Assembly (NCBI GenBank): GCA_013239625.1
Contig: MU054026.1
Span: forward strand, 558,001 to 622,000
DNA length: 64,000 nucleotides
Direction of reading: 5' to 3'
DNA from: Lama guanicoe
Taxonomy: Eukaryota
Part shown: positions 38,712-51,564 of the stretch, piece after piece
Numbering within the stretch: the first letter of the stretch is position 1
Layout of the letters: each line of letters begins with the position of its first letter
Made by a program: the position numbers and the translations under genes
The notes under the pieces: model-generated
The model's database searches: none
The model's input: the letters and a program-made list of their open reading frames with translations, nothing else
Told to the model about the DNA's origin: nothing

Positions 38712-39289
38712 TACTTTTCTGTATCTATATTTTTTTATTGAAGTATAATCAATTCACAATGTTGTGTCAGTTTCTGGTGTACAGCACAATGTCTCAGTCA
38801 TACACGGACACATGTATATTTGCTTTCATATTCTTTTTCAACATAAGTTACTGCAAGATATTGAAATATATTTCCCTGTGCTACACAGTATGAACTTGTT
38901 GTTCATATATTTTATACGTATCAGTATCTGTAAGTCTCAAACTCCCAATTTATCCCTTCTCACCTCCTTCCAACCTGGCTAACCATAAGTTTGTTTTTAT
39001 GTCTGTAAGTCTGTTTCTGTTTTGTAAATAAGTTCCTTTGTCTTTTTTTTTTTTAAGATTCTACATATAAGTGATATGGTATTTTTCTTTCTCTTTCTGG
39101 CTTATTTCACTTAGAATGGCAATCTCCGGGTCTGTCCATGTTGCTGCGAATGGCATTATTTTATTCTTTTTTATGGTTGAGTAGTATTCCATTGTATAAA
39201 TATACCACAAGTTGTTTATCCAGGCGTCTGTCAATGGACATTTAGGTTGTTTCTATGTCTTGGCTATTGTAAATAGTGTTGTTATGAAC
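38712..39289 (-). mobile_element. 5'-truncated L1 3' end inserted into a MIR relic
   Basis: 11-bp TSD tcaaaacatct (38701-38711 and 39290-39300); antisense L1 3'UTR and ORF2 end. Confidence 0.9.
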
Positions 39290-41359
39290 TCAAAACATCT
39301 GATTTGATTTAACTTATTTTATCTTTACTATGATGCTACCAGAGGTTGAGTAATTTGCCCAGATCTTAAGGCTCATAGTCAGGATATTATCTCTAGAATT
39401 TTGCTTCCGGAGTCCAGTGTACTAAACAATACAGTCACTTGTTTGAACAATGCAGACCCTGCCAAGCCTATTTCCTACACTTTCTTCTTGAATGCTCATT
39501 ATTAGAGTTGTTACCCTCATACTTATCTGACCTGAATCTCTAACACTTTAGTGTGAATTACTTACATTAATTGCTTTCCTCTGATGTGAGGGGATACTCT
39601 GCTAAAGGAGGTCCTGGGATTAGAGGCTTGACTCGGGTAGGGTGATGTGAAGCCTAGGACTTCTCAAGATTAACTGGCAGAATGTCAGACATTTTCCTAT
39701 GACCAGTGGCACCACCCTGTTTTGTGATAAAGCAAATGATAATGAGAAATTTTATCTAAGATGCTGGTGACTTAATTCTGCCATTCATGTGCTGGGTGAC
39801 CTTGGCAAATTTCCTTTGTCCTTCCAGAGACCCTGGGTTTATCATCTGCACGATCATCTTGATGTGTTCTTCTTGCTCTAACCATCTAGGAATTTAAAAG
39901 TTGCTTCTGCCACAGGACCAGTGTTCTGAGAACGCAGAATAGTTAACCTCTTCTACTGAGGACAGTGTGGGCAGGCTGGGACTCTAGCTTCCACGTTACA
40001 AGTGAACTCTCTTCTCTTGTTTTTATGGTGAGTCATTTTTGAGTGGCCAAGCAGGCAGGACTGCCTCCAGGCCAGCTCATCCCTGGCAGGAAATCATTAC
40101 AGTGCCTGGCATTACTCCCACTCATTCCATTTGATTCCTCACTTCTTGACTCTCCGTCATAAGGGACCGGGGTTCCCCATGGCCTATTAGGGTAGAGAAA
40201 GTGTGGGGAGTAGAGAGAAGGGGTTGACAGAAAGGAGAAAGGTTTTGATGCCCAGGGCTCTGCACAGCCAGGATTGAATACCTTGGGTTCCCCCCATGTG
40301 CACCTCTCTTTTAAAAAACTGGATGAAGCGAGGAGGCTGCTCCACAGCCAGGGAGGCTGAATGTGGAGGTGCTTCGTGGCATAAAAGAGAATTACAATCA
40401 CCATCAACTTGAAAACCATCACTCACCCCCAGACCTCATCACCAGAGACAGAAACGGCTCCCATTTCTATACCCTGCATTCTCTCTTGACACTCCCTTCC
40501 CTACTTCTTCCCCTATTAATCTTTCTGTACATTTGAAATAAGTTCCACTAGTGTAAGTAGTGAATCAAGAGAAACCACACTATACAATTTCCCTTGGGGG
40601 GGGTGGTCAGAGATGTCAGCACTGTGGAATTAGATGGGGGCTGCAGAGATGGGTTTGGATGAGAGAGTTGCCTGAAAACTGCAAGAGCAAGGAGAAGGAG
40701 GAGGAATCAAACACACAGATCAGGGGCCCGGATAACCCTCTTTTAAGGTCACATGGGTCTCCCTCTCCTATTTAGAAGGACAGAGTGCAGAAGGAACCAC
40801 AGGAGTGTGTCATTTCAGCGGTCTGAGGATAAATCATCTGGCTGGGCTGAAAAGCGCCCTCCAGCATAGTTGATTCACGTGTTTCACTGTCAAGATGCCC
40901 AGAAATCAAAACCCACAGAACTTCAGATTTCTGGTCAATACAGACCGGGGAGGGGGGGAGGGTGAAACTTCTTTCTGTTCCCCTCCCCTCAGTCTCTGTC
41001 ATTTGCTGATTTCAGGTCAAATACTTCGCACATGGAAGAAATCCAGTTGTTGTTGGTTGAATGGATCCTTGTAACTCCCAACAGTGGGAATTTAAAAAAA
41101 AGGGGGGGGGGCAACAAAAATAAAAAAATATTAAGGTACAGGCCAAAGAATTCCCCTCCTCAACTCATTCACGAGTACATAACACACCAGAAAGTCAACC
41201 AACATTTCACGCAGTTTGTCCTCTGGTGGAGGGAACTGAGTGATTTGCAGTGAATTTCAACCAACCAGTTTGCAGTATCTCCAGACCCAACGCTGCCTTT
41301 CTCAGGCACGGTTTGTCTGAAGACAAGGGAGGTGGAAATTTCCACTCACGTGGGCTCCG

Positions 41360-41378
41360 GGGCCAGCAGATGGCGACG
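41360..41378 (+). promoter_or_regulatory. CTCF-binding motif
   Basis: GGGCCAGCAGATGGCGACG matches the CTCF core CCASYAGRKGGCR exactly and lies in unique sequence with retained CpGs. Confidence 0.7.
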
Positions 41379-41556
41379 TTTCGCAGTTTTACATCACATA
41401 GGAGGGCAGGGGCCATTAGACACGCACGGTGTGTTTATCAGATGGCTGTTAAATCAGCTCAAAATCGGTAAAAGCACGGCAGATCAGCTCGTATTTATTT
41501 ATTTTTTACTTCGAGTAGATGAATTCAGTACAGTTCCCTAATGGGCAAACGAACAC

Positions 41557-41606
41557 TGTGCGTGTGTGTGTTTGTGTGTTTGTGTGTTTGTGTGTTTGTG
41601 TGTGTG
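41557..41606. repeat. Interrupted TG microsatellite, (TTTGTGTG)4
   Basis: 8-bp units at 41571-41602 within a TG-rich tract. Confidence 0.9.
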
Positions 41607-41913
41607 TTGGGGACAGGAGATGAGGAGGACCTGAATCTCTGAATCTGAGATGCTTGGGTAGCTTGGTTTTATCTCCCTCAGTTGTTTTTCAAAATGAGAT
41701 TCCTCTTCGTTGCCTTCTGGCAGCCCGGGTTTAGTCAGTGTGGGACCAAAGGGCACCAGACGGACAGCAGCTTATTCATTTATTTTCCATTTCTTTAGAA
41801 GTGAGCTCCTCCTTCGGCATCTTTGCCACATCCTCCCCGCCACCCCTGGTTCCTGGGGCAGAGGCAGAATCTATGTTGGGGTGGGTCAGGGAGCCAGAGC
41901 AAGGCTGCTCAAG

Positions 41914-41955
41914 ATGCGGGATGCGGCGGGATGCGGCGGGATGCGGGGGGATGCG
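41914..41955. repeat. CpG-rich 10-bp tandem repeat (ATGCGGCGGG)~4
   Basis: atgcggg atgcggcggg atgcggcggg atgcgggggg atgcg. Confidence 0.9.
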
Positions 41956-42449
41956 CGGCTGATCTCCCAGGCAGCCTCTCCTGGGCGGCACCCTCAGCGA
42001 CTCGGGAGAACCCTGGAAATGGGCCCACTCCTCCCTGCCTGAGCCAGCAGCCACTGCACTGAGAGCCAGGTTCTGTCTGGAGAGAGACAGAAACATTTTA
42101 AGCAGAGTGAGAGAAATGTGGGGAGTAAATTTGTCTTAAAAGTACTGCTTGCTCTGTGTGATGTTGCGTTAGTAGGAATGGTACCACTTGGGATGCAGGG
42201 CACTTGATTTTTAGGCCCAGAGGTGCCACTAACCGGCTGTATGATACTGAACTTGGTTTTGTTTGTTTGTTTGTTTTCTCTGTAGTATGAGCCCTTTGAA
42301 GAATATCTTCCAATCATATTTAAATTATATTCTTTTGAACTAGCAACTCTGGGTGTACAGGGGAATTTTTAGATGTCAAGACTCCAATCACCCAATTAAT
42401 CAGAATTTCTAATGATGGGACCTCAGCATGAGGTCCAGGTGTTGACCCT

Positions 42450-42620
42450 TGCACTCAAAGGATGGTCCCGGGACCAACAGCATCGGCTTCATCGGAGAAT
42501 GGAGAACATATTAGAAACGTAAATGACCAGAATCTGAAACTGTAAAGGTGGGCCCAGCGATTCATGTTTTAACAAGTCCTCCGAATGATTGAGATACACA
42601 CCAAAGTGTGAAACCCACTG
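42450..42620 (+). mobile_element. MER5A-like hAT-Charlie MITE
   Basis: ctcaaaggatggtcccgggaccaacagcatcggc...ggtgggcccagcgattcatgttttaacaagtcctcc...aaagtgtgaaacccactg. Confidence 0.75.
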
Positions 42621-43618
42621 CTGTGTTTGGGAGGGTAAGTTTTCCCCACATTTTTTTTTTTTTTCGCAGTCAGGTGGTGCAGACTCCCCATAGCAATGAG
42701 CTGAGAGCACAGATGTTGTGTGTCATTTTCCGGCCTTAGTTTTTCACTGCTGGCTCTTGACCTTTCGTCTGCTTAAATCCCTAAGCTGTGTGATTCTAAC
42801 AGCCAGGAATGCAGCGCACTGGCCCCTCTGTTAACTTGGACCTCTGTTAACTTACGTTGCTAGATGAACATCTTGTGAATGAAAAAGAAAAACAGCAACA
42901 ACAAAAAAAAAACCCCAAAAAACTTTGATGCACTAAATGACTGAAATTTTGTAGCTGTTCACTGCCTTGTACTCTGTCTTTCCTGGTGAATACAGCCATT
43001 CATGTTGTAGTTTCAAATGTTTGGGTTGGTGCTGATAGGAGGAGACACTAAAGAAGTAGGGTGTGCTAGAGCTACCTTTAATGGAGTCATAGGACTGTGG
43101 GAAAGGTGTGCAGTTTGAGGTGTGCACCGAGGCCTCGTCTCTGGAGAGACAGCTGGGGCATCACACGGGATGGGGTGTGAGCAGGACCCGCACTCCAAGT
43201 CTTCTCAAACTTAAACTTCCTCCATCTCACGTTTCTGCTGAGAGGATATATTTGGTTCTAAAACTTTATGACAACTTGAGAAATGTTTTGATATCTGGGT
43301 CTGATTCGTACATTCTAGAAAAGGGAATAAATAAAAAAAAAAGTCAGCCTCATATTCTGAGGTATTCAAATCTCTATTTTTGGATTTACAGAATCCAAAC
43401 GTTGGGGTACCGGTTTGCAACCTTTAAAATTCTTCTTAAAACTCTGGATGGTCGTGGCAATGCTAGGAACTTGGTGTTTTTTTTTTTCATTGTAAGAGCT
43501 CAAATCTTGAAGTGCGTTCTGCTTATCTTAGACCCTTTCCAAGCAGATTACTTTGTTTCTCAATGACAGAAGCTGAACAAATTTGTGTTCTTTCACTGAG
43601 GCCAGTGCCTTTGGGGTT

Positions 43619-43893
43619 GGTCTCGGATTAATCTGCTTGGGCTGTTATAACAAAATATCAAAAATCTGGGTGACTTAAACAACAGAATGTATTTTTTCCA
43701 CAGTTTGAAAGCTGGAATTCCAAAAACAAGGTGATAACAGGGTTCAGGCTTCCCCTGAAGCCTCTCTCCTTGGCTTGCAGATAATTGCTTTCTCTCTGTG
43801 TGTACCCTCTTGGTTTTTCTTTCTCTTCCTCTTGTAAGGACACCAGTCCAAGGGATTAAGACCCCACCCTTACAACCTCATTTAACCTTAATT
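43619..43893 (-). mobile_element. MaLR LTR fragment (MLT1B-like), cut by MER2
   Basis: gggctgttataacaaaata...gacttaaacaacaga...tcttgtaaggacaccagtc...cctcatttaaccttaattac. Confidence 0.8.
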
Positions 43894-43985
43894 ACAGTCC
43901 TTCCTCTGAATTCCACAGGGAATTGGCTCCAGGAACCAGACAGATGTCAAAATCCAAGGATGTTCAAGTCCTTTATAAAAATATT
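43894..43985 (+). mobile_element. MER2 (Tigger-family) left-end fragment inserted at a TA
   Basis: ta|cagtccttcctctgaattccacagggaattggctccaggaacc...caaaatccaaggatgttcaagtcctttataaaa matches the MER2 5' end. Confidence 0.7.
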
Positions 43986-44786
43986 TAAATCCCTGCTTTG
44001 TATTAACAGAAACTTTCCCAGACCTTTTCTTTGGGTCGTTTTTACATTGATAATTCTTGACTACTATTGTTCCCACCTGCCAGCAGATCACATGACTGTT
44101 GTCATCAAAGTCATCCTCACCACAGCATCTGTAATGTTGTCATCACAGCCACGTTGACTGAAACTTCCCTGTGCTGCTAAGTTGACTACACTGATAAAGG
44201 CGTCCTACTTCTGGCCATCCCCCGTCGCTTTGCTCATCTTCTTTGCCTTGTAACTTTCTGTCACCTTTGTATACTCCCATGACATAGAAACAACTGCTTT
44301 GGTCAAAGAAATATGCCTTGATGCTTTGTATCTTGCTCATTCCTATCTTTGTCCATTTACTGAAAATTACAATGTTCTCCTTTTGCCTCATTAAGAGATG
44401 GCCCTTAATACTTTGTTTGTAGATGGTAAATGCTCAACACTCATTCCTCTGGGGAGCTCTCTGTGACAGTCCATCATTACGTTAGGACGGCTCAACAAAA
44501 TCTGTAGTTATGTGTGTGTAAGGATTTCCCCTTGGAGTTGGTGTTGAAGATCTCCCAAGAGCTGATCTGATTGGGTCATTAAGATGGACGAAGTAACTGT
44601 ATTGACTACTTCGTGGGCTGGGTATTTCAGTCATCTTAATGAGGGAATTAGATCGACCCCGAGACACTCCAAATCCTTATTTGATGATTGACCTAGAAAC
44701 AATCAATCTGGCTCTGTTGCCCTACGTGAATCCTTTGCTCTGTTCAACCCATCTCACACCCCATAACCCTTCTAGACATGAGCTCT

Positions 44787-44787
<1 letters not shown>

Positions 44788-44846
<59 letters not shown>
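44788..44846. repeat. Compound microsatellite (CA)18(GA)11
   Basis: Perfect adjacent CA and GA runs. Confidence 0.97.
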
Positions 44847-45142
44847 CTGGGGAGCAGTTGGTGGGGTGAATTCTGGCCCTGCAATTTACTAGTTACTGGA
44901 TCATTCCATTTAACTTCTCTGAGCATGAATTCCTAACAATCCTGTATAAAATGACAAACTTGACCTTTTTGATGTACGTAAACTGGAGGGGGGTCTCGCA
45001 CAACTCTAAGGCTGCTTTTTGTCTTCATATCTTTGCGCAAACAGTGTCTCCTATTTGAAATGCCCACCCATCCTTTCTGTAGGTCCAAGTTCTACCCCCC
45101 TGGAAGTGCCACCTTCAGCTCCTTGGCTCCTCTGTGACTTAC

Positions 45143-45680
45143 TGTTGTGGCACACCACCCTGGCACTCTCTGAAGCTGCCTGAAGTTCATTAAAACCCCC
45201 ACCTCAGGGCTCTGTGTGTGCCTGGAGACACTGTAAACACTGCTCCCCAGTGCAGGACCACTCCACCTACCTGCATTTCTGCAGGATAAGGACACCCCTT
45301 GATGTGTGTTTCCCCTTGCAGGGCGCATGGCCCCAGGAGACAGCCCATCTCACAATGCCCTAGCTGGCCAGGTCTCACATCCTGCCCTTCTCAGAGTTGT
45401 AAATCCTACTATTCAAAGTCTTACAACCAGTCAGGTACCTGTGTACAAACTGATCACACAGCCCTCATCTCCTTGTGTTCAGAGCCCCCTCCCCACAGTA
45501 AAACACCCTGCACACCCACCCTCCTCGGTGCACACACGGCCACCTCTCATCTGTGTGGCCCACTGTTGCCTATAGCAGCATAACTATTAAATTTTCCCTT
45601 TGTTCTTAAACTGTCCCTGGTTTCTGGTAAATTCTTTTACCCTCCTGCATCACTGGCCCACCACCGCGTTGTACCCTACA
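45143..45680 (+). mobile_element. Probable ERV solo LTR
   Basis: TG...CA termini, TATA-like agtaaaa at ~45497, polyA-like attaaa at ~45586, and a U5-like ending 'ggtaaattcttttacc...ctaca'; no exact TSD. Confidence 0.65.
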
Positions 45681-48249
45681 ATGACTGTGCATTATCTTTT
45701 CTGTCTTGCTGTGTATTACACCCTCATTGTCTTACCTGGCTTGTGGATTTGGGGACTGTTCAAGCTGGGAAGGACTTAATATCTGCTCACAGTCCTGACC
45801 CTTCATTTTTCAAAAGTGAAAACTGGGGCACAGAGGGATCAGTGATTTGTCCACGGACATAGATTAGACAACTTCAAACAGTGAGACTTTCCTTAGATCC
45901 AGGAACTTAGTACTGGCTGCTGCCTTTTTTTTTCCAGTGAACTTTATCAGGTGTACAAATGAGACAGGTGACAAGACGGTTCCCACTGAAGCATGGTCCA
46001 GTTCTCTGGAAGAGTGTTTGTTGTTTGTTTTTCAGAGGAGAGGAAATAAATAATGAACCTCTTTTCCTCTCCCCAGTTTATGGACCAACGGAGAATGAGA
46101 TGGCAGTCGGATAGATGGATATTATTGGTGACACTAGATTGAAGAATGCAGTGCACACTTATGGTTGCAACAGCATATCTTAACAGCTCTCCTCACATTT
46201 AGATCCTGGTATGACTCCCCCACCCCACTAAACACACACCTGGTCTCTGTGTAGGAGAGGGAGGGTGTGCAAAACACACGCTCTTCTGCAGCATCCCTGC
46301 CTCATCCCTGTGGGTCCTGGCAGTGGAGACAGCAGGAGAAGGACCTCCTCCCTGCTAGAAGGCAGATGTGAGCCATCGCCCAGTTCATTCACCCCATGGA
46401 GGGTAGTAGTAGCAGGGTAAACACCTGCAGGCTGGTGTGTGAGAGATCCCAGGAGTCAGCTTGACTCAGTTCCTTCTTCCTCACCTCACCTGCCACGCAA
46501 GTCACTCCTCAGTCCCTTGGCAAGGAGTCGCCGAGGTGAGATTCTGAAAGTATGGGATTCTTATAGTATTTCTGAAAGTATGGAAGTTGCTCATTTGTGG
46601 ATGGAGAGAGAGAAACCCCAAAGCAGGGAGCAGTGGAGCACAATTCTGTTCGCTGTGCTGCATGGAAGTCAGCCTTTGCGCCTGAGCGCTGCTTGCTTTG
46701 CTGGTGATTTTGGAGTCATCTACCAGCGCCAGAAAATAATCTGGATTCTTCCACGGATGTCTGACAATACTCTGCCCAGACCCCAAAGTGAGGCTGGAAT
46801 GTCAATCTGTCTCTTTATTTGATGATGAGGACTTTACAAAAGGTTTTATTTTGTGTTTTTTTCCAGGATATTATAGAGAAGGAAAATTAGATTTCTTGGA
46901 GGACACAGACTGATTCACCTGCCTGCTCATTGGAATCTAATTAATTAAAATGGAAGGAGCGGTTGGAAAGGTCACCATGACTTCTGGGCCCTGTAACTCT
47001 ATTCTTTCCCTAATCAGGACCTAGTTCCCAGTTGCCAGAATCATTGTTTTGTAAAACCATAGCTAATACTGCAAACCCAACGTTTCCCACCTGGTGTTGC
47101 CTTCCTCAAGGGAGCGGGTAGTTTTATGTGTAAATATCACAGGATGAAAATTACAGGAACTCCAGTTCATCACAGCAGTATCCATTGATTCACTCACTGG
47201 CATAGAATTTTGTGCCTTTGATATCAAAGGCTGTAAGGAAGTTATCTAAGAAGAACCATGGGTCATTCTTTGTCCTTGCTATATTTTTTTGGATAGCCAA
47301 GAACAGTTTTGGGGGGCTGCCTCAGCTAGTGGAAAGAGCAGTGTCCTGTCAAGGGTTGTGGTCGGGAGTCCTGTGTTTTAGCATAACCCCTCCATGACCT
47401 TCAGGCTCTGGAACCTCAGGCAAGCCCCTTCATCTCTAGGCTTTGTTAGATTTATCTCTAAGGCCCTTTCCAGACTGAACTCTATGGATCTGAGGTCTCT
47501 GACTTTGGAGACAAGACCATACACAAAAGAAACAGGTGTATATGCATCTGAACACTGAAACCAGCTCCATTTACAGATGGGACGGTGAAGAGGACAGACT
47601 AAGCCTGAGGAGATCAGGGTCGAAGAGGAAGTCTTGGATTATTGTAGACTTCTATCGTAAATATTTCTGTCCATTCCGCCATCCAGCTGCCCAGGTGTCA
47701 GTTGATTTATTTTTTCTGCAGTCTTAGGCTCATTACAGTACAAGCGCTAACATACATCGGACGTAGGTCAGCTGGCCTAGGAGAGGAGGAGCTCACACTG
47801 GAAATCTCACACTGGAAAGTGGAAGCTGGAGTCGGACAGCTGTCACTAACTGTGTGCTTCTATGGCTTAGGAAAGACATAAATAGGAGCTTCTTCTCCGT
47901 GCCCTAGTGATCTACATCTGCCTCATGCTGAATATTTCATGTCAAAAGATTGCACTGCTGATCCAGCCATGGCATTTAAATATGCCCTACAGGTGTTTTT
48001 AACTTCGTCAGACACAGTGAGGTTGAGTGTTTTGACTGATGTCAAACTTGTGATTCATGGCAGAGTCAGATTCTCATCTGGTTCTCTGCCCAGCATGCAG
48101 GTTAAATCTTACCGTTCTTCTGCTCATGGTGGTGTCCACATGGTCTGTCTATCCACCCGTGCACCCGTCTATTTAGATACACACAGCCGCCTCTGCGTAT
48201 ATCCGTGCATAGCTATATATCTTGCTGCATTGGGTAATTTCTGAAACAT

Positions 48250-48560
48250 CTGTATCTGTATCATTAACTATTACTTGCTGACTGTTCAGTCTGTGCCAGA
48301 TTGTACTAGCATCCTGTGTGGATTTTATCATGGAATACTGGTCTCAGAACCACTTTAGGAGAATGCGTTTTATTATTTACTAGTAAGGAGGGCTCAGACT
48401 CAGACTCCCATCACCTAAATATGAAGTCTATCCACACTCTTAATCCCTGTACCACGTTCTGTCATTTATTCATTCATTCATTCATTCAACAGGTGTTATT
48501 AAGCATTTATTGCACACTAGGCACTGTGGGTCCACTATAAAGAAATTTCAAGCACCTTCT
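48250..48560. mobile_element. MIR relic followed by an antisense L2 3' end
   Basis: ttacttgctgactgttcagtctgtgccag... (MIR), then cattcattcattcattcaacaggtgttattaagcatttattgcacactaggcactgtg (L2). Confidence 0.65.
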
Positions 48561-48917
48561 CAAGTTCGACTTCATCGAGGACTTTTTGCTTGAAATCCTT
48601 TTGCTGGGAATTCTGAATGGAGTTCAGCATTGGCTACAGGAGACCCTGCATTTGCAGCTATGTTTTTAGTGTTTTAAGTGTGAGACTTAGGGAACTATGC
48701 AAACATACAGAGGTTTATTTGCACTGATTTTTGGTAGAGGGCTACGTGATTTATATAGAAGCATGGAAGGCTCAGGTATTTCTGTCTTGTGAAGATTCTG
48801 TCTTATAAGGACCTAGGATGGTGTCCCAATGATCACAAATCATCAGTTGACCAGTGACATGGTGGACCCTTAATTAACAACAAAAAATCGTCTCAGTCCA
48901 CCTTCTCATCTCCCACA

Positions 48918-50810
48918 TTTTTAACAATATTTTATTATGGAAGTTTAAAACATATACCAAAACAGACAAAAATAGTGTAATGAAACTTCCTGTGTGTATG
49001 ACACTGGCCCAAAATGCATTGACTCGTGGACAATCTTGTTTCATCTCTGTCCTGACTTGCTTCTTCCAGAACTTATATTATCTCTGTTATAAATATTTTA
49101 TTATGCATCTCAAAAATACAATAGCTTAAAAAATAACCATGCTGTCATTATCACACATAAAAGAAGTTAAAATCATGTCTCTAATAACATTCAGTAGCCA
49201 GTCAGTACTCACATTTCTAATGGTTTCATAAATATCATGTGTCCCCAGTTTCTTTCTCTGAATTAGGATCCAAATAAGGACCAATGAATTCTTATTGATA
49301 GCTATTATCTCATGGGTTCCTTTTTTAATTTATAAGCTCTCTCTCCATCTCTTCATTTTCTTTGCATACTATTTGCGGGAGAAATTTGGTCATTTGTCCT
49401 GTAGCATTTTCCACAGTCGTGATTTTGCTGATTGCAACACTATAATGTCACATAGCACCTTCCTCTTCCTCTGTATTTCTTGAAATTGGCATTGAGTTGA
49501 TAGACCTGGAGGAGGTTTAATCAGATTCAGGTTCAGTTTGTTTTTTTGGCAAGTAAACTCATAGAAGGTGGCGTTTTCTTCCATCAAGAGACATTCACTT
49601 TGGCTATGATGTTAGTATCCACTGATGCTCATTACATTGACCCATTAATCCATTGGCGGTTTCACAATAATAACGCTCTGTATTCTCTTTTTGTTCATTA
49701 TCTAGGGTATTTCTATAAAGAGGAACTTCTCTCTTTTTTAACATTTTTTATTGATTTATAATCATTTTACAATGTTGTGTCAAATTCCAGAGTACAGCAC
49801 AATTTTTCAGTTATACATGAACATATATATATATATATATTCATTGTCACATTTTTTTTCTCTGTGAGCTACCATAAGATCTTGTGAGCGTCTCCTTTTA
49901 ACTATTTGGTGACCCAGCGGTTCAGTGTATATGGGAAATTTAGGATAGATGTTTGATTCTTTCTTTTTATTGACCAGTTTTCAAACCACTACGATCTTCT
50001 AATGGATTCCAATTAGCTTTCAAAAATATATCATTATAAGTTTACATATTACATATGTACAGATAACACATGTATAATTGTAGATTTATATTCAACTCTT
50101 TCTTATATAAATTAGAGCATGCTTTCCATCACCTTGTTTTCTGTACTTGCAGTATCACCCGGATATCACTACATAGCAGCACATAGCGACGATTCTCTTT
50201 CCTTTTCACGGCAAGAAGCACTCCATTGTGTGGCTGGCTGGATGGTCCACAGTTCATGCAGCCAGTCGCCTGCTAGTAAACATGTACCTTGTGTCTTGTA
50301 TCTGGTTTCTTCCTATTACAAGTAGACTAGAAATGAACATCTTACGTGTATGTCTATTTATATTTTTAGCAGTGAATTTGGGGCTGGAGTCCGGGAACTG
50401 GAATTGCTGGGTCAAAAGATAAATGCAACTCTTGCCAAAAATCTCTCTGTCGTGATTTTGCTGCTTTTCCTTCCCACCAGAAATGTTTGAGACTACTTGC
50501 TTCCCCACACTCCCACCTACAGAGTATGCTGTCAACTCTGGATTTCTGCTGATCTCATATATAAGGAATACCTTGTGGTTTCCACCTGCATTTCTCTTGT
50601 GAGCGTATTTTTACATGGATACGAGCCACTTGGATTTATGTTTCTGTGCCTGTCTGTTTTCTCCAGCCCACATTTCTGTAGGGTCATTGGGCTTTAGAAG
50701 ACATTAGTATGTCAGGGACATTAAGCATTTCTCTGCTATATGACTTGCAAACATATTCTTTCAGTTTGTCATTTATCTTTTTGCCTCTTCACTGCCCTCC
50801 TTTTGTCTGA
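48918..50810 (-). mobile_element. Ancient L1 (L1MC4/5 and/or L1ME4-like) 3' regions
   Basis: tattttattatggaagtttaaaacatatac...tagtgtaatgaa; ggaattgctgggtcaaaag; ttcccaccagaaatgtttgaga; possibly two elements. Confidence 0.7.
49735..49885 (-). mobile_element. Very short (~150 bp) young L1 3' tip nested in the ancient L1
   Basis: Nearly identical to 25480-25615 (aacatttttattgatttataatcattttacaatgttgtgtcaaattccag). Confidence 0.9.
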
Positions 50811-51564
50811 TGATTTTCAGAAACTATCACACTTACCAGGCATGCCCAGAATTACCTTTTGCAGTCACCAAGACCAAAATCATCATAATTATAACACGAA
50901 GCGGTTTACTACAAACATATGCTCTAATTCCCTTTGAGTTCACAATCAACAATATAGTAATATATTAGTTTTATTCTAGCTCACCAGTTTTAAAAAAAGT
51001 TATAGGTTTGGTTAGGTTGTTAGAAATGTCTCAATAAATACTCCTTTAAACTTTGTTTCATTCAATTAAAGATATGACTTAATATGTTTATATTTATTGA
51101 ATGTTCAGTAAGTAACCCTTTGGGCTGGGTTCCTTCTGTATCAGTGATGAGCACACATTTGTGTGGCTCTAATCCAACTCTTCTTGTCGTTGACTGTTTG
51201 TCTATAAACTGGGAAGCGTGATCCGGAATCGACCAACCTCACAGGACTTTGTACTTACTCGGTGAAGAAAGCTTTGAAAAGCATGAAGCAGTTTAGGATG
51301 CATCATGGGCTAATACTGGGGACCAAGATGAGCTCAAATGAAGGAAAGGACTTGTCAGTATTGCCTGCACAATAACGTGTTGCATTCATATCTCATCCAA
51401 ACTTTTATTCTGCCTGTGTGCTTGTATGCTGCATTTCCTTGAGAAAATAAGGAGAAAGAATGTGTGTGTCTGTGTACACATCTGTCTCTGGTGGGCAGAA
51501 CTGGGGAGCATGTGGGATATTGGGTGAGCCTAGAGGCTTCACCTTAATGATCTAACTTGGCTTT

